From the human T2T-CHM13v2.0 reference genome, Homo sapiens: a stretch of 64,000 nt of DNA. The stretch lies in NCBI RefSeq assembly GCF_009914755.1, contig NC_060938.1; one strand, written 5' to 3'. Positions 14,127 to 29,732 of the stretch are shown here, piece by piece. A program made the translations under genes and the position numbers. The notes beneath the pieces are model-generated. The model ran no database searches. It had not been told where the DNA came from and saw only the letters and a list, made by a program, of their open reading frames with translations. Within the stretch, counting starts at the first letter, position 1, and every line of letters begins with the position of its first letter.

Positions 14127-14850
14127 TGTGGGTTTAACTGTGTCCAATCCCCTATCCTAAGGATGTTGAAGTCCTAACCCCAGTGTCTGTGAATGTGGCT
14201 TTATTAGGAAATAGGGTTTTTGCAGATGTAATCAAGTTATAACAATACTGGATTAGGGTGAACCCTGTCCCAATGACTGGCATATTAATAAGAAGAGGAG
14301 AATTTAGACACAACAGAAAAAGTGTCATGTGATGACAGAGACATGTCTTAGTCCCTTTGTGCTGCTACAGTAGAACACCTTAAACTTCATGGTTTATAAA
14401 CAACAGAAATGTATTTCTTACAGTTCTGGAGGCTGGGAAGTCCGCGATCAAGATACTGGGCAATTTAGTGATGGCCTACTTCCTCATAGATGGTGCCTTC
14501 TCTCTGTCTTTGTATAATTAAAAAAAGAACTCTAGCCCCTTCAGCTTGTATAGGTACTTGTATAGGTACTAATTCTATTTATGAGGACTCCACCTTCATG
14601 GCCTCATTATCACCCAAAGGCACACCCCCTAATACCATCACATTGGGGATTAGGTTTCAACAAATGAATTTTGAGGGAACACAAACTTTCAGCCCACAGG
14701 AAGGCAGATACTGGAGTGATGTATCTATAAGACAAGAATTACTAGCAAACACTCGAAGCAAGAAGGAGGTAAGAAAGGATCTTCTCCTAGGGACATTACA
14801 GAAATCATGACCCTGCCAGTACCTTGAACTTGAGCTTGCGGCCTCTAAAA
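14127..14850 (+). mobile_element. MLT1C-like MaLR LTR split by a nested MaLR
   Basis: 'tgttgaagtcctaaccccagt...ggaaatagggtttttgcagatgtaatcaagtta'; resumes at 14703 'ggcagatactggagtgatg...gaaaggatcttctccta'. Confidence 0.82.
14344..14702 (-). mobile_element. MLT1A/MSTD-like MaLR LTR nested in MLT1C
   Basis: 'tgtcttagtcc...cagttctggaggctgggaagtcc...aataccatcacattggggattaggtttcaaca'; approximate TSD agaca/aggca. Confidence 0.85.
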
Positions 14851-15439
14851 GAAAACACAAGGTGTAAACGAAGATCATTGTCAATTTCAGAGAGTTTTTT
14901 TCCTCTCCCTTTTATTATTCTCAATGAAAGGAAATTGAATGAAGATGAAAATGACTGCAAAAAGTCTTAATAATTAAAATATCACCTAGAAACTTTATGA
15001 AGTGTTGGCATAAATCTTAGTATTTTATTTGAAAATAAGGATTTCACTATCTAGTGTTCACAGGTGGGACTTGCCAGCAGGATTGCACAGCTGTGTCTAC
15101 ATTGAGCCAAAACACCATGATGAAGAGTTACATTCAACACAGAATTTACAGAGTCCCAAGTAGCCAGATGTGAGGTACTTGACAAGCTTTCAGATGCTCA
15201 CTAAATGTTTCATTGTATTCATTGTTATGTCATTATATTGGCGATGGCTGAATTAGTTTGGAAATGTTTTTGACATTTTAAATAAGCAGTTGATGAATAA
15301 ATACTGGTAGAGATAGCATGCTAACTTTTAATATTTTATTTAATATTTTCTTAATCTATTGTATTTACTGAAAAATCTCCATGACACCTTCATTACCCAT
15401 TCATTCATTTATTACACATTAATTGTACAGCTATCCTGT

Positions 15440-15930
15440 ACCAGACCCTTCAGCTGTTGAATTTTTCAGAGTCATCTCATCTGCAGAAAGATGCCTTAAT
15501 AAGGGTCAAAATCTAACAGCTGAAAGCCCATATCTAACAGCTGTTGGAGGTAGAGTTATTTAGTTCCAGTGGGGGACAACTTTGACAGGACCTGTTTTGC
15601 TCTAGAGCTCCCTGTGAGGCTGGCTAAATGTAACATAGGTTAGAGAGGCCCTGACGTCCATGAGAATTTCAGTGGTAGCTCTCTGCATTAGGGCCGATTT
15701 GTAAAAGCGGCCATTATGGAATTGGCCTCATGATAGCAATTGGGAGGATAAGATCTGAAACAATAAAGACCAGATAGTGGTGCTTAACAACCATCAGACA
15801 GGAGGCTGCAATTTTTATAGTGAGTGGCAAGGTTGGAGTAACAGACAAGGGGCCTGACTCATGTAAAGTTATGGAGCTGGTTAATAGAACACATCAAACC
15901 CAGGGATGGGTAGCTAACAAGGGTATTGCC
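15440..15930 (+). mobile_element. ERVL LTR fragment plus ERVL internal (gag) relic
   Basis: 'gggggacaactttgacagg...ctagagctccctgtgaggctggct' (LTR33-like), then 'gaccagatagtggtgcttaac...ttatggagctggttaatagaaca', resembling the ERVL gag stretch GQVAALN...LWRWLI. Confidence 0.6.
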
Positions 15931-15934
15931 AAGC

Positions 15935-16160
15935 TCTGAGAGCTCTAAAAGTCAGAAAGACCTATGACTCTGTCTCAGCTCAATTACTTACCATCTGTGT
16001 GGCATTAGTCAACTCACCTAACCTCTCTGAATTTTTATTTTTCTATAAATCCAGAATAATAAATTCTGCCTTCCTAGATTACTGCTAGATTTAAATCAGT
16101 TTTTATATACCAGGAAAATTGTGGCTCACAGTAGAACCTGAATGAGTAGAATCAATTATT
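15935..16160 (+). mobile_element. MIR
   Basis: 'cttaccatctgtgtggcattagtcaactcacctaacctctctgaat' MIR core. Confidence 0.7.
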
Positions 16161-17139
16161 ATTCTGTCTATGATATTGACAGGTAAAAAAATCAATGAAC
16201 TCTTCAGAACATTTAATAAAAGGAGCTCTATAAGCAATGGGTTAGGTAAAGTTTGGGAAGAAAAAATGTCAGATATCCAAATTGAGTTTTCAGTGTCAGA
16301 AAAATCAGAAATGTTATAGGTATATCTAAATTATTCCTAAGATAAAACAATGGAGATGTGGCAGAGCCCTTTTGAAGAATCAATACTCACTAATAAGCTG
16401 AAAGAAGAAAATTAAAACCAATTTTTACTCCATATTATGAAACTTAGATTTTTAAGTAAAATTATTGGAGAAAAACATTATAACTTTGAGGAAATTCTCA
16501 AAGGGAGAGCAAAAATACCTTTTCAAGGACTGGTGATCTAGAAAGATAATTTAATTAAAGTGATTATGGCAAAAGGCAATTTTATATTTTGCATCTAGAG
16601 GTTTATCAAGTAAAAAGATATTTCTTTAAATCTCAATGTAAATGGATGGCAGAAAAGAGAAGACAGAAACAGCTTGTCAACATGTGACAGCCAACTGCCA
16701 AATGATAAGTGAACAATGATAGTAAATGGAGACATATGACATAAAATCTGTTCTTAGACCAAGGAATGATTACTTTTGGCAAGATGATGCATTTTTCATG
16801 GAAATCAAAAACAAAAGTGAAGCTAAGCATATCTGAAAATATATGGTCTCTCTCTGTTTTCTGAAATTAAGACACTTCATCCCCCAGCTTCTGAAAACAT
16901 TTAACTCTCCAAACCTCAAAGTTAATTTTATCGTTATATCTCTAGAAAGTAGCTGTACTGATTGTAGAAAAAAATGTGACCACTTATTAGAAGTCCGTTG
17001 TCCACTTTTATCTTCCCTAAACCCTTCTATCTGATTCTTTTTGCTTCTCAGATTATTTTCTTCTAGAGGATCCATGAATAATGCAAGTGTGAGTTTGGTA
17101 TAGTAATTTGTCTAATAAGAAAGTTGTTCCAGTAAGAGA

Positions 17140-17380
17140 GACTACTTGAAAAACAGAATCAATGTATTTGAATTCAGTTTCAGTTATACTACATACTAAC
17201 TATGCAGTTTTGGGTGGGGCAGATTTTCTCTTCAAGCATTTTTCATCATCTGTAAATTGGAGATTAATAATATTTTCCCTGTTTGGATAACTAGTTTATT
17301 TTTATATTTTAATTTAGTTGTATATTTGATAATAAAATGACATATACATGAAATAATTTTCAATGTTAAAAGATATTCTG
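17140..17380 (+). mobile_element. MIR
   Basis: 'ttttcatcatctgtaaattggagattaataata' MIR core. Confidence 0.6.
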
Positions 17381-17799
17381 ACACACATATTTTTATTATC
17401 CTCATGAACTGCTTGTTGACAGAAGAGTTAAATTAGGTATAAATCTATTTTTATGCCATTTCAAACTTTTTGTGACATAGAGGACTATCCAGATAACTCT
17501 AACATATTGCTAACCAGCATCTCATTATGGCCTTGAGGGGTTCCTTCAGAGGGAAATTTCATACTGCTTCTCATTACTGTTACTTTTGCTCTGTCACAAT
17601 TCATAAACTAACCAAAAGATAGAAAGTAAAAAATCTGAAGAAGAAAGAAAGATAATGTCAACTATTAATCATTTTTATTGGAGTATAATTTACATAAAAT
17701 TAAATACAAAGATTTCAAGTGTGCAATTCAATGGAGAAGACAAATCTATATGTTCTTGCCACCCTTATCAAGTTTTAGAACATTGCTTTCACCAGAAAG

Positions 17800-17935
17800 T
17801 TCTCTTCTTTCTCTTCTCCTTCTCCTCTCTTCTTCTCCTCTCCTTCTCTTCTCCCTCCCCTTCTCCTCTCCCCTTACCCTCCCCTCCCCTCCCCTCCCCT
17901 CCTCTCCTGTCCTCTCCTCTCTCTCCCTTCTCTTT
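17800..17935. repeat. CT-rich / (CCCCT)n low-complexity tract
   Basis: Direct inspection. Confidence 0.92.
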
Positions 17936-17964
17936 TATTTCAAACAGCATAAAGAAATCTAGTC

Positions 17965-18142
17965 ATTATATTAGTTTTCTAAAATTGTTATAGAAAAGAA
18001 CCACAGACTGGGTGGCTTAAACAACAGAGATGTATTTTTTTTCACAGTTCTGAAGGCTGGAAGTCCAACATCAAAGTACCAGCTGGGCTGATTTTTTCTA
18101 GGCCTCTCTCCTGGCTTGTAGATAGCCACCTTCTCCCTGTGA
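17965..18142 (-). mobile_element. MLT1B-like LTR 3' half
   Basis: 'accacagactgggtggcttaaacaacagag...cacagttctgaaggctggaagtcc...cttgtagatagccaccttctccctgtg'. Confidence 0.82.
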
Positions 18143-18976
18143 TGTTTTCTTTCTAAATTAAAACTTAATAATGGTTATATATTAGGTCTATGGTCCACCT
18201 TTTTGTGTTAGAAATGGTATAGTGCTTGAAACTCACGCTATTTTCCATGTAAATATCTAGTTTTTCCAGCATCATTTTCTAAAAACCCATTCTTTTGCCC
18301 CATTGATTTCCTTTAATGCAATGTAAACATTAAATTAACTCAACATGTATGAGTGTATTTCAAGACTGTATTCATTTACATTGATTTATTTGGCTATGCT
18401 TACACAACTGCCATGTTGTATTGGCCATAAAACTTTAAGGTGTTGATATAAAATAATGCATCTTCTAAATTATTTTTTCTGTTTCAAGATTGATTTGGCT
18501 ATTCTCAGATTCAACATATAAATAAATTTCAAACCCAATTTGTTAATTTTTATTCAAAAAATCGTACTAGTATTTGATCGAAGTGTCGTTGAATCAATAG
18601 ACCATTTGAGAGGATTAATATGTCAAAAACAGTCTTTCAATCAGTAAGCATGATTCATGTAGCAATCTATTAAACGTTTGTTTAATTTTTCTCTACAATA
18701 TTTTTTATTTTTTCAATTTAGAATTGTCACATATATTTTATAGTTGGCTTTGGGTTTTGATGTTATAAATTTAATTTTCAATTTTAATTTGCTAGTGTAT
18801 AGAAATACATTTGTGTGTGTTTGTGTGTGTGCATATGTGTATATATATATGTATGCTTATGTGTGTATATGTGTATACTATGTATCCTGGTGGTCATGGT
18901 TAATTTGCATAGTAGTTCTAATGGTTTTATAAAGATTTATTAGGATTTTCTTGCTAAACAAACACACCATCTATAA

Positions 18977-19321
<345 letters not shown>

Positions 19322-21340
19322 TAAAAAAAATTCTTCTCATATTGCAGTGGTAGAACGTCTAGCATAATATTGAATAAAATTGGAAAGCATAAGCATTATT
19401 GCTTCATTCAAATATTAGCATAATAACTTTCAATATTTCATCCTAATACGATGTTAGCTCTAGACTTTTTCTTCTTCATCTCTATTTCTCTACTTTTTTT
19501 TTACATTGGGTATTGAATTTTGTTAAATCATTTTTCTGTTTCTATTAAACTATTTATAACAGTCTTCTACGTTATTCTTTTACTGTGTGAATTGAATGAT
19601 GACTTAATCTTGCATTACTGAGATAAAACCTTCTTGGCCATAATGCACTATTCTTTTATATCTAGCTACATTTGTTAAGCCAATATTTTGTAACATTTTT
19701 ATCCCTGTGTTCATGATTAATATTTTTCTGTATGTTTCTTTTTATAATGTCCTGGTCAGATTCTGGTATCAGAATTTTGCTGGTTTCAATACAATATTTT
19801 AAACTATTTATTGTTTTTCTTTCTGTCTGTCTTTTGATGGTCACTGCATTTCGTTTCATTCAAATAACTGTGAAAATTAAGAGGAGAGTAAATGCAGTTG
19901 TCTTGATGTTAAACTGAAAAGGAAACTGGATGTGAATTAAGGCTGTTTTGTGGATTCAATTTGCTACTTTGTTAAGTTGTTTGACAGTGAGCTTGCCTAT
20001 TTCTTTGCTTTGCTTTGATTGGTTCTCTTATTTAGACTCTCTGCCTTCAAACACAAGTAGTGTGGGGCATGAGTGTGGATCTCTTGCAGCTTTATAACAA
20101 AACTTCCTGGAGAAAGTGGATGCAGGCAGTGGTCCATCATCACTGTCAGTACAGGAAATGGGAAGCCTGGGGAACACATTAATTTATACCATTTAAGCAA
20201 ACCTTGGTGAATTATTTTTGAAGCCAAACAAGATGAATGACATTGATATCATGAACAAATTTCAGCTAAGCATATTTAAAAGTTGTTTTTATAAAAAGAA
20301 AAGTGTATTGAATGAACAAAAACAAGGGTTTTGGGGAGGGCACATAAAAGCTTGAGTCAAAATGAAGAAAAATTCTGAGTCATCACAGTTAGTAGTCATT
20401 TCAACTGCAAAACAACTATTAAATTTATATGTACTTTTACTTCTGAAATAGGGCTTTATGGAAAAATATGGCTTTGTTTTTCATCTTAATTATTCACAAA
20501 AATATAGAATTACATTTTTACTATAATACTCTAATTTCTAGAAAATATGACTTGATAAATATAGATAATTTTTAAGTGATAAGGCCTGCTTTTATAGAAG
20601 ACAAGCTGAAGACACAATATATATATAAAATGAGGCACCCTATCTTACACCTAGAACTCCTTGGCTTCTTAATTAATCTAAGACTACAAACATTAGTAAT
20701 AACTGCTTCATTCAGAAACTTTAAGTGATGTCTTAAAGTGAGACATGTTTAGTTTTTTTTTTACTTTCTATGTTCTCTGTTGTTAAATGGTATATGATCA
20801 TAAATAATTCTCTTTAAGATTATTTTCAGCCAATTATCCACAGATAGGAATTGCAAATTTACAGGTGAAAGACTGTTTCAAAATTAACTTGTGACATTTC
20901 TCCTGGAGGGAACTCAATTTGGGTCAACTCTGTCTCTGAAAACAACTATACACTCTGGAGAAAGCATATAAATCAACTACTTTAAAGCACTGTAAATTTA
21001 GCAAAAGTAGGCAGACTGTTTGGGAAGGTTACAGATGACAGAAAGTGAGATGTAATCACGAGCAGAGGTATCCAGAAGGAGAATGCCCCAATTTGTGTGT
21101 ATAAATTCTGTTCTGGTCTCTGGCTGGCACTTTCATGGAGGATATTCAAGGCAGCTCAGTAAAGGCTGAAATAATTGACCACATTCCAGCTGCCATTAAT
21201 AGTACGAGAGATAGGGCTTAGAGTTTGATTTCATCTAAGTTAAATTGTTACCAGAAAGAAAAGGGGGAAAAAAGCAAAAAATAAATAAATAAATAAAAAC
21301 AAAAATAAACAAAACAAAACAAAAAAACACAGAATCTGTA

Positions 21341-21673
21341 ATGTGTTGCTATTTGAATGCTGAAACATAATTCCCAACACTATAGAATTAAGAGGCTTGG
21401 CCTATGGTAGGTAATTAGGTCACAAGGTCTCCACCCTCATGAATAGAATTAGTGTCCTTGCAGAAGTGGCATTAAGGAGCTTGTCCCTTCCTTCAGGCAT
21501 GTGAGGACACAGATAGAAGACACCATCTTTGAAGCAAACAGAACCAGTCCTCAACAGACACTGAATTTCTAGTGCCTTGATCTTGGACTTTTTAGCCTCT
21601 GAAATGACATTTCTATTGTTTATAAATTACCAGTCAAGGTTCTTTGTTATAACAGCCTGAACAGACTAAGACA
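21341..21673 (+). mobile_element. MLT1A/MSTD-like MaLR LTR
   Basis: 'ccaccctcatgaatagaattagtgtcctt...catgtgaggacacag...gccttgatcttggactt...gaacagactaagaca'; TSD tgtaa/tgtat. Confidence 0.88.
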
Positions 21674-22139
21674 TGTATCATCACAATAACTAAAATACAA
21701 TCTTAAATTACTGTACGAACAATGCAATAGGTACTTTTGACTCATACTCAAATACTGGAGGACACAGATAGAATTAGAGAATCTGACAAAGAAAACAAAG
21801 ACAATAAAATTACTTTGTTTTACTTCTTTTTGCTTTTCAAGTATAATTAAACACTCCTAGTTCTACAGCTGATTCTTCTGCTTGTGATCTGGCTGGTTTC
21901 CTCTACTCCTCTCTCTAGTGCATCCCCTTTCCATTATTTTTCTCTACTTTTTCTTGTATATCATGTTCTGTCACTGGACTTTTTTTTATTCTTAGAATCT
22001 GAGACTGTTTAGGTATAATTATTTTAAAACAAAAATAAAATTATCAATCAATATTGATCCTGTGTCTTATCATCTAGCACTTTATTTCTTCCTTATAATT
22101 TATGACCAAGCTACCTAAAAAATATTTTGATGTTTTCCA

Positions 22140-24380
<2,241 letters not shown>

Positions 24381-24389
24381 CAAATACAT

Positions 24390-24862
24390 TGATTGATCAG
24401 TTTTTCTAAAATAATGCTGTACAACAATCTTTGAACTCAGTGGCTTACACTAACAATAAAAGAGTTCTTACTCCCAGTTCTGCAGATCAACTGAGACACC
24501 ATTAACCTAAATATGGATTCACATCATAGATTTGATTGGAGCTGGCTTCAAATTTCTTCTCAGTCTGGAACTAACATCTAACTAGGCATAACCTTCTGAA
24601 TGGAAAGCAGAATTATGAGAGAGTGAGTGGTAACACATGTTGCATGTTAAGGTCTTAGTTCAGAAATAAAAAATTGTTCATTCTGCTGATACGCCATCAA
24701 TCACAGCAAGTCACATAATCAAACTTTAAGTGACTAGAGCAGATAATATACTCTTGTCTACACTACTAGGGAATACTACGAAGTTACATGGTGAAGTTAT
24801 GACTGTTACTCCTATAACAAGCTGGGAAATAACTGGGAATAAATGATGCAAACTACGCCACC
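24390..24862 (-). mobile_element. Old MLT1 (I/J-like) LTR
   Basis: 'aataatgctgtacaac...aactcagtggcttacac', 'cagcaagtcacata', 'gaagttacatggtgaag'. Confidence 0.65.
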
Positions 24863-24900
24863 TGGAATACTTCCCTACCTTTATTTAACTGCTTAGTATT

Positions 24901-25198
24901 TTTTTTTTTTTTTTTTTGAGATGAAATTTTGCTCTTGTTGCCCAGGCTGGAGTGCAATGGCACAATCTTGGCTCACCGCAACCTCCACCTCCTGGGTTCA
25001 AGCGATTCTCCTGCCTCAGCCTCATGAGTAGCTGGAATTACAGGCATGTGCCACCACACCCGGCTAATCTTGTATTTTTAGTAGAAATGGAGTTTCTCCA
25101 TGTTGGTCAGGCTGGTCTTGAACTCCTGACCTCAGGTAATCCACCTGCCTTGGCCTCCCAAAGTGCTGGGATTACAGGTGCAAGCCACTGTGCCTGGC
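24901..25198 (-). mobile_element. AluSp
   Basis: Diagnostic 'ctcttgttgcccagg', 'gctcaccgcaacc', 'tttctccatgttggtcaggc'; TSD ttaactgcttagtatt at 24885-24900 and 25199-25214. Confidence 0.95.
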
Positions 25199-25742
25199 TT
25201 AACTGCTTAGTATTAATTTTATTTTTGAATGGGCTTAGCCATGATTTCTTTGATAAAATGTCTTTTCTCTATCTCAAACCCAGCGGGAGATGAAGACTCA
25301 ATTCTAAGCGTGTTTACATCCTCCTATGTTTAATCTATAGTAACACTCTTAACTGCATCATTGATTTTTTTCCCCACTTTTCTTCATAATTGCAGTGAAA
25401 ATCTCCTTAGGTCATTCTGTGAGTCTTCACCTCAGCAGTCAGATACGTTTTAGAATCTGGCCTCTGACCAACCACAGGATTTGTATTCAGAAAAGTTAAA
25501 TAAATCACTGACTGAATGAATAGATTTTCTGCACTTATTCTTATCTACACATAATTCGTTTCACTTCAAATTTAGCTGCAAAATAACAAGCAAAAGTTGG
25601 TATAGTTCCTAGGAAAATCTAATGTACTCTCCACAGAGTGACTACATATATGTCCAAGAAAAATGAGAAAGAAAAAAGAAAACTTAAAATAAAATGTTAG
25701 ACCAGAGGTTCAAAACCTGGAAAAGGAATAAGAGATCAAATA

Positions 25743-26355
<613 letters not shown>

Positions 26356-27794
26356 GATATCAAATGCATATTGAGGCAATGAGCTAAATGAAGAATATAC
26401 CTACATATAGTATATGTAAAATATAGTCAATTATTATAACTCATTTTTCTTTTGATTTACATGGAAACTACTTTGCTTTAAACACTTCACTGAGTCCCTC
26501 CCCGACCCCACATACATTTATGGTAGAATACAAGAATTTGAGGATATTATACAAAATTTTAGGTAACAACATTATAATTTTGTAAATAACTGAGAATTAT
26601 CTTTGTTTGTGTTTTGTATATATTACAAATGTTAAAATTTAAAACAACCCTGGAAGGGAGGTCTGTTTCTCTTTCTAACTTACAGATAAGGATATAAATT
26701 TTAGAAAGCTAACTCTCTTTCTGAATGACATTCAACGATTTATGACAGAGCCAGCAGAATTTAACATATTTAATTTTACATAAGTAGTGTGTATACATTT
26801 TTAAAAAATCAAGGAATGCTGAATCAAAACAAATGCTCAGGAGAAACACAGAGGTAAAGTGTATAAAATGCCTTATCGTGTCTCCTGGAATTATTTTCTT
26901 CTCTCCGGAACTCATGAATATTTTTACAACTCCAATGCTGATAGTCAAAGTAAAGAGGCGAAGTGAGACTTTTTCTTCGTTTAATTCTTGTGAAGACGAT
27001 AACTGCTTCCATCCTGTTATTCGTTTTTAGCCTTTGAAACTGGGCCTCAGCATGAGCATATTCTTGGCAATCACTGTCATCTGGAATAACGTTTAATCTT
27101 TCTGTTCCAATGGGCCTTTTACCTGGTCCTCATTACTCACCACCAAACAAGACGTCTTCCTCTTGTTAACACTTTTTACCTCTATTTTTTTTTTCAACTG
27201 TGATTTCTGAACAGCATGTGCTATATATTTTAGCAAAACAGTTTCTTCTTTGAATTGTCTGATCAAATCAAGTCATGAGGTATAAAAGAAAGACTTTCCA
27301 AAAGGCAGCCCTACATTTCTGGAGTTAGTTCCCAAAGACTAAAACATGTACAATACCTATTAATTGACAAATATGTAATGAGTATCTTCTTTGTTTAAGG
27401 TATAGAAGTGCTGTTTGCAGTGAGATTCTATGAAGATTAAATCCAGTCTCTGCCTTTTAAGAAAAGTCCATCCGGGGAGACTTGAATATGCACGTAAAAA
27501 GATAGCATATTATCATAATAAAATATGGGTATGGTCTTTGTTATAGACTCTGTATTGGTCACTGAGCATCCAGCAATATACAAAAACAAAAAACAGAAAA
27601 ACCTGCCCTTGCCTTTCTTATATTTGAATAGAAAACACAAAGAAGAAGTGATATATATATATAGATATATATATAATAAGTAATAACACATTTAGGAAGT
27701 TATCAGTGCTGTAAAAAATATACATGCTAAGGTTGTATGAAAAGTGCCGAGTGTAATATAGAGCTGCAATTTTATTATTTATTTACTTTTGACA

Positions 27795-28252
27795 TAAAAC
27801 AGCACAAATTTATTATTTTATGGTTATGGAGATAGGATATCAGAAATACATCTTATTAGGCTAAAATCAAGGTGTTGGGAAGGCTGTATTGTTTCTGGAG
27901 GTTGTAGGGCTGATTCTGATTCTTTTCCCAGCTTTTAGAAGCCACCTGCATTTCTTAGGTTATAGCCCCTAATTCCATCTTCAAAGCCAGCAGCATAGCA
28001 TCAGCATCTTCCAATCTCTCTCTGACTCTAACCTCCTCTTCTGCTTACTTTTTCTACTTCAAACGACTCTTGTAATTATGTTGGGGCCACTTGAATAATC
28101 CAAGATAATCTCTTTATTTTAAAGTCAGCAGATTAGCAACCTTAATTCCAACTTCCACTTTAATTTCCTCTTGCTGTGTAACATAACACAGTCACGGGTT
28201 CCAGGGATTAAGATGTGGATATCTTTAGCAGGGTCATTCTTCTTCCTACCAT
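27795..28252 (-). mobile_element. MLT1D LTR
   Basis: 'ggctaaaatcaaggtgttgg', 'tccatcttcaaagccagca', 'aaagtcagcagattagcaaccttaattcca', 'ggttccagggattaagatgtggatatcttt'. Confidence 0.88.
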
Positions 28253-28469
28253 AGCATACATAGTTAAAAAAAATTATGGAGTACATTAGTGAAGACATTT
28301 AAGGACAACTGTTCTACCTGTCCTCTCTTTGTTAGTTGACATTTCTGATCACTTTCTTCTTCTGGACTCTTGATATCCACAGTATCACTCCTGTTACTCC
28401 TCCTTCCATTCAGATCGTGTCCTTCGTGTACTCCTCTGGGTTATAATTTTAGCTGAGTGGACAAGACAG

Positions 28470-28985
28470 GGTGTACTGAGAAAGCAGGTGTGAACAATGC
28501 GGCTGTCTTGCTGATGAGCGTCCTTAGCAATGGAGCAGACACAGCAAAGACCTTGAGATGGGAGCAGCTGTTATGTTTGTATTCAAGAAATAAGGAGTAC
28601 ACAAAGTTGGCTGCAGCAAAATGCGCAACAGGGGACTGAGAAGAAAAAAAAGTAAAAAATTATCAGTTGACAGTTTTTATAAGGTCTTTTAAGTCATTGT
28701 GACTTCACTGGCTTTTGTTCTGAGGGAATTGGGAAGGTACTGGCAGAAGAATAGCATTATCTAAATCTATGGGGGCAAAGGTGTCCATTTGGAGAACACA
28801 GCAATAACGCAGTTCAGTAATGATGGAATCTCAGCCTAGGGTGACATGGGTAGCTGTATGGCAAGCTGGTCACAGCAAAGGTAGTGAGAAGTTCTGGGTA
28901 CGTTTTGAAGGAAGAGCCAACAACTTTTAATGATAAATAGATAGACATGAAGATTTTTGGTCCAAAAAAATCTAAGACAAGAAAG
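28470..28985 (-). mobile_element. L2
   Basis: 'gcaaagaccttgagatggga', 'ctggcttttgttctgaggga', 'tacgttttgaaggaagagccaaca'. Confidence 0.65.
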
Positions 28986-29334
28986 TTCTAAAATAATACT
29001 CATTTCTGGAATGGTGGTGATTTGATAATAATAATAATAATAACAATATTTTCTGCATTTGTGAGGTTGCTCAAAAATAAAAAAAAACTTATAGATGATA
29101 CTGGTTTAAAATTGAGGTTTTAGTAACAGGTAGGATACATATATATATATAAATATATATATGCATGTGTGTATACATAAATATGTATATGTATTTTATA
29201 TATACAAATATACATAAAAGCATATATGTGTAAAGCTGGTAAGCTTGTTCTGATCCAAAAATCTGGGAAACTAAAAACAAATAAAAAAACCACCCCCACC
29301 AAACCTCCAGAAATTAGTTAGGAATTGTGTCAAA

Positions 29335-29732
29335 TGTTAGACTTAAAGAAGATGGCCCTCACCAACGTGACTGGGCATCATCTCATTCGTTTAGGGCCTA
29401 AATAGAACCCAAAACACCGAGAAAGGGCAAATTTGCTCTCTCTACTTGGTGTGGGACATCCACATTTTCCTGCCATTAGAGATGGATGCTCCTGGTTCTC
29501 TGGCTTTAAGTCTTGGACTTGGACTTGCCTTATTGTCTTCCCTGGTTCTCAGGCCTTTGGGATGGTACTAGAACTGTACCACCAGCTTTCCTGGGCCTCT
29601 GGCTTAGAGACAGCAGATTGCAGAACTCTCAGCCTTCACAGTCATGTGAGCTAATCTCTTATCATAAATCTCTTTCTATATATCTATATATATGGTATTT
29701 GTTCTTTGCCTCTGGAGAACCCTGAGCAATAC
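29335..29732 (+). mobile_element. MLT2 (B/D-like) ERVL LTR
   Basis: 'gccctcaccaacgtgactgggcatc', 'tcagccttcacagtcatgtgagctaat', ends 'ctctggagaaccctgagcaataca'. Confidence 0.88.

Noticed and set aside
15449-15545. Hairpin ttcagctgttgaattt / aaatctaacagctgaa and repeated tctaacagctg
   Set aside because: Within an ERVL LTR fragment rich in cagctg motifs; no evidence for an RNA gene.
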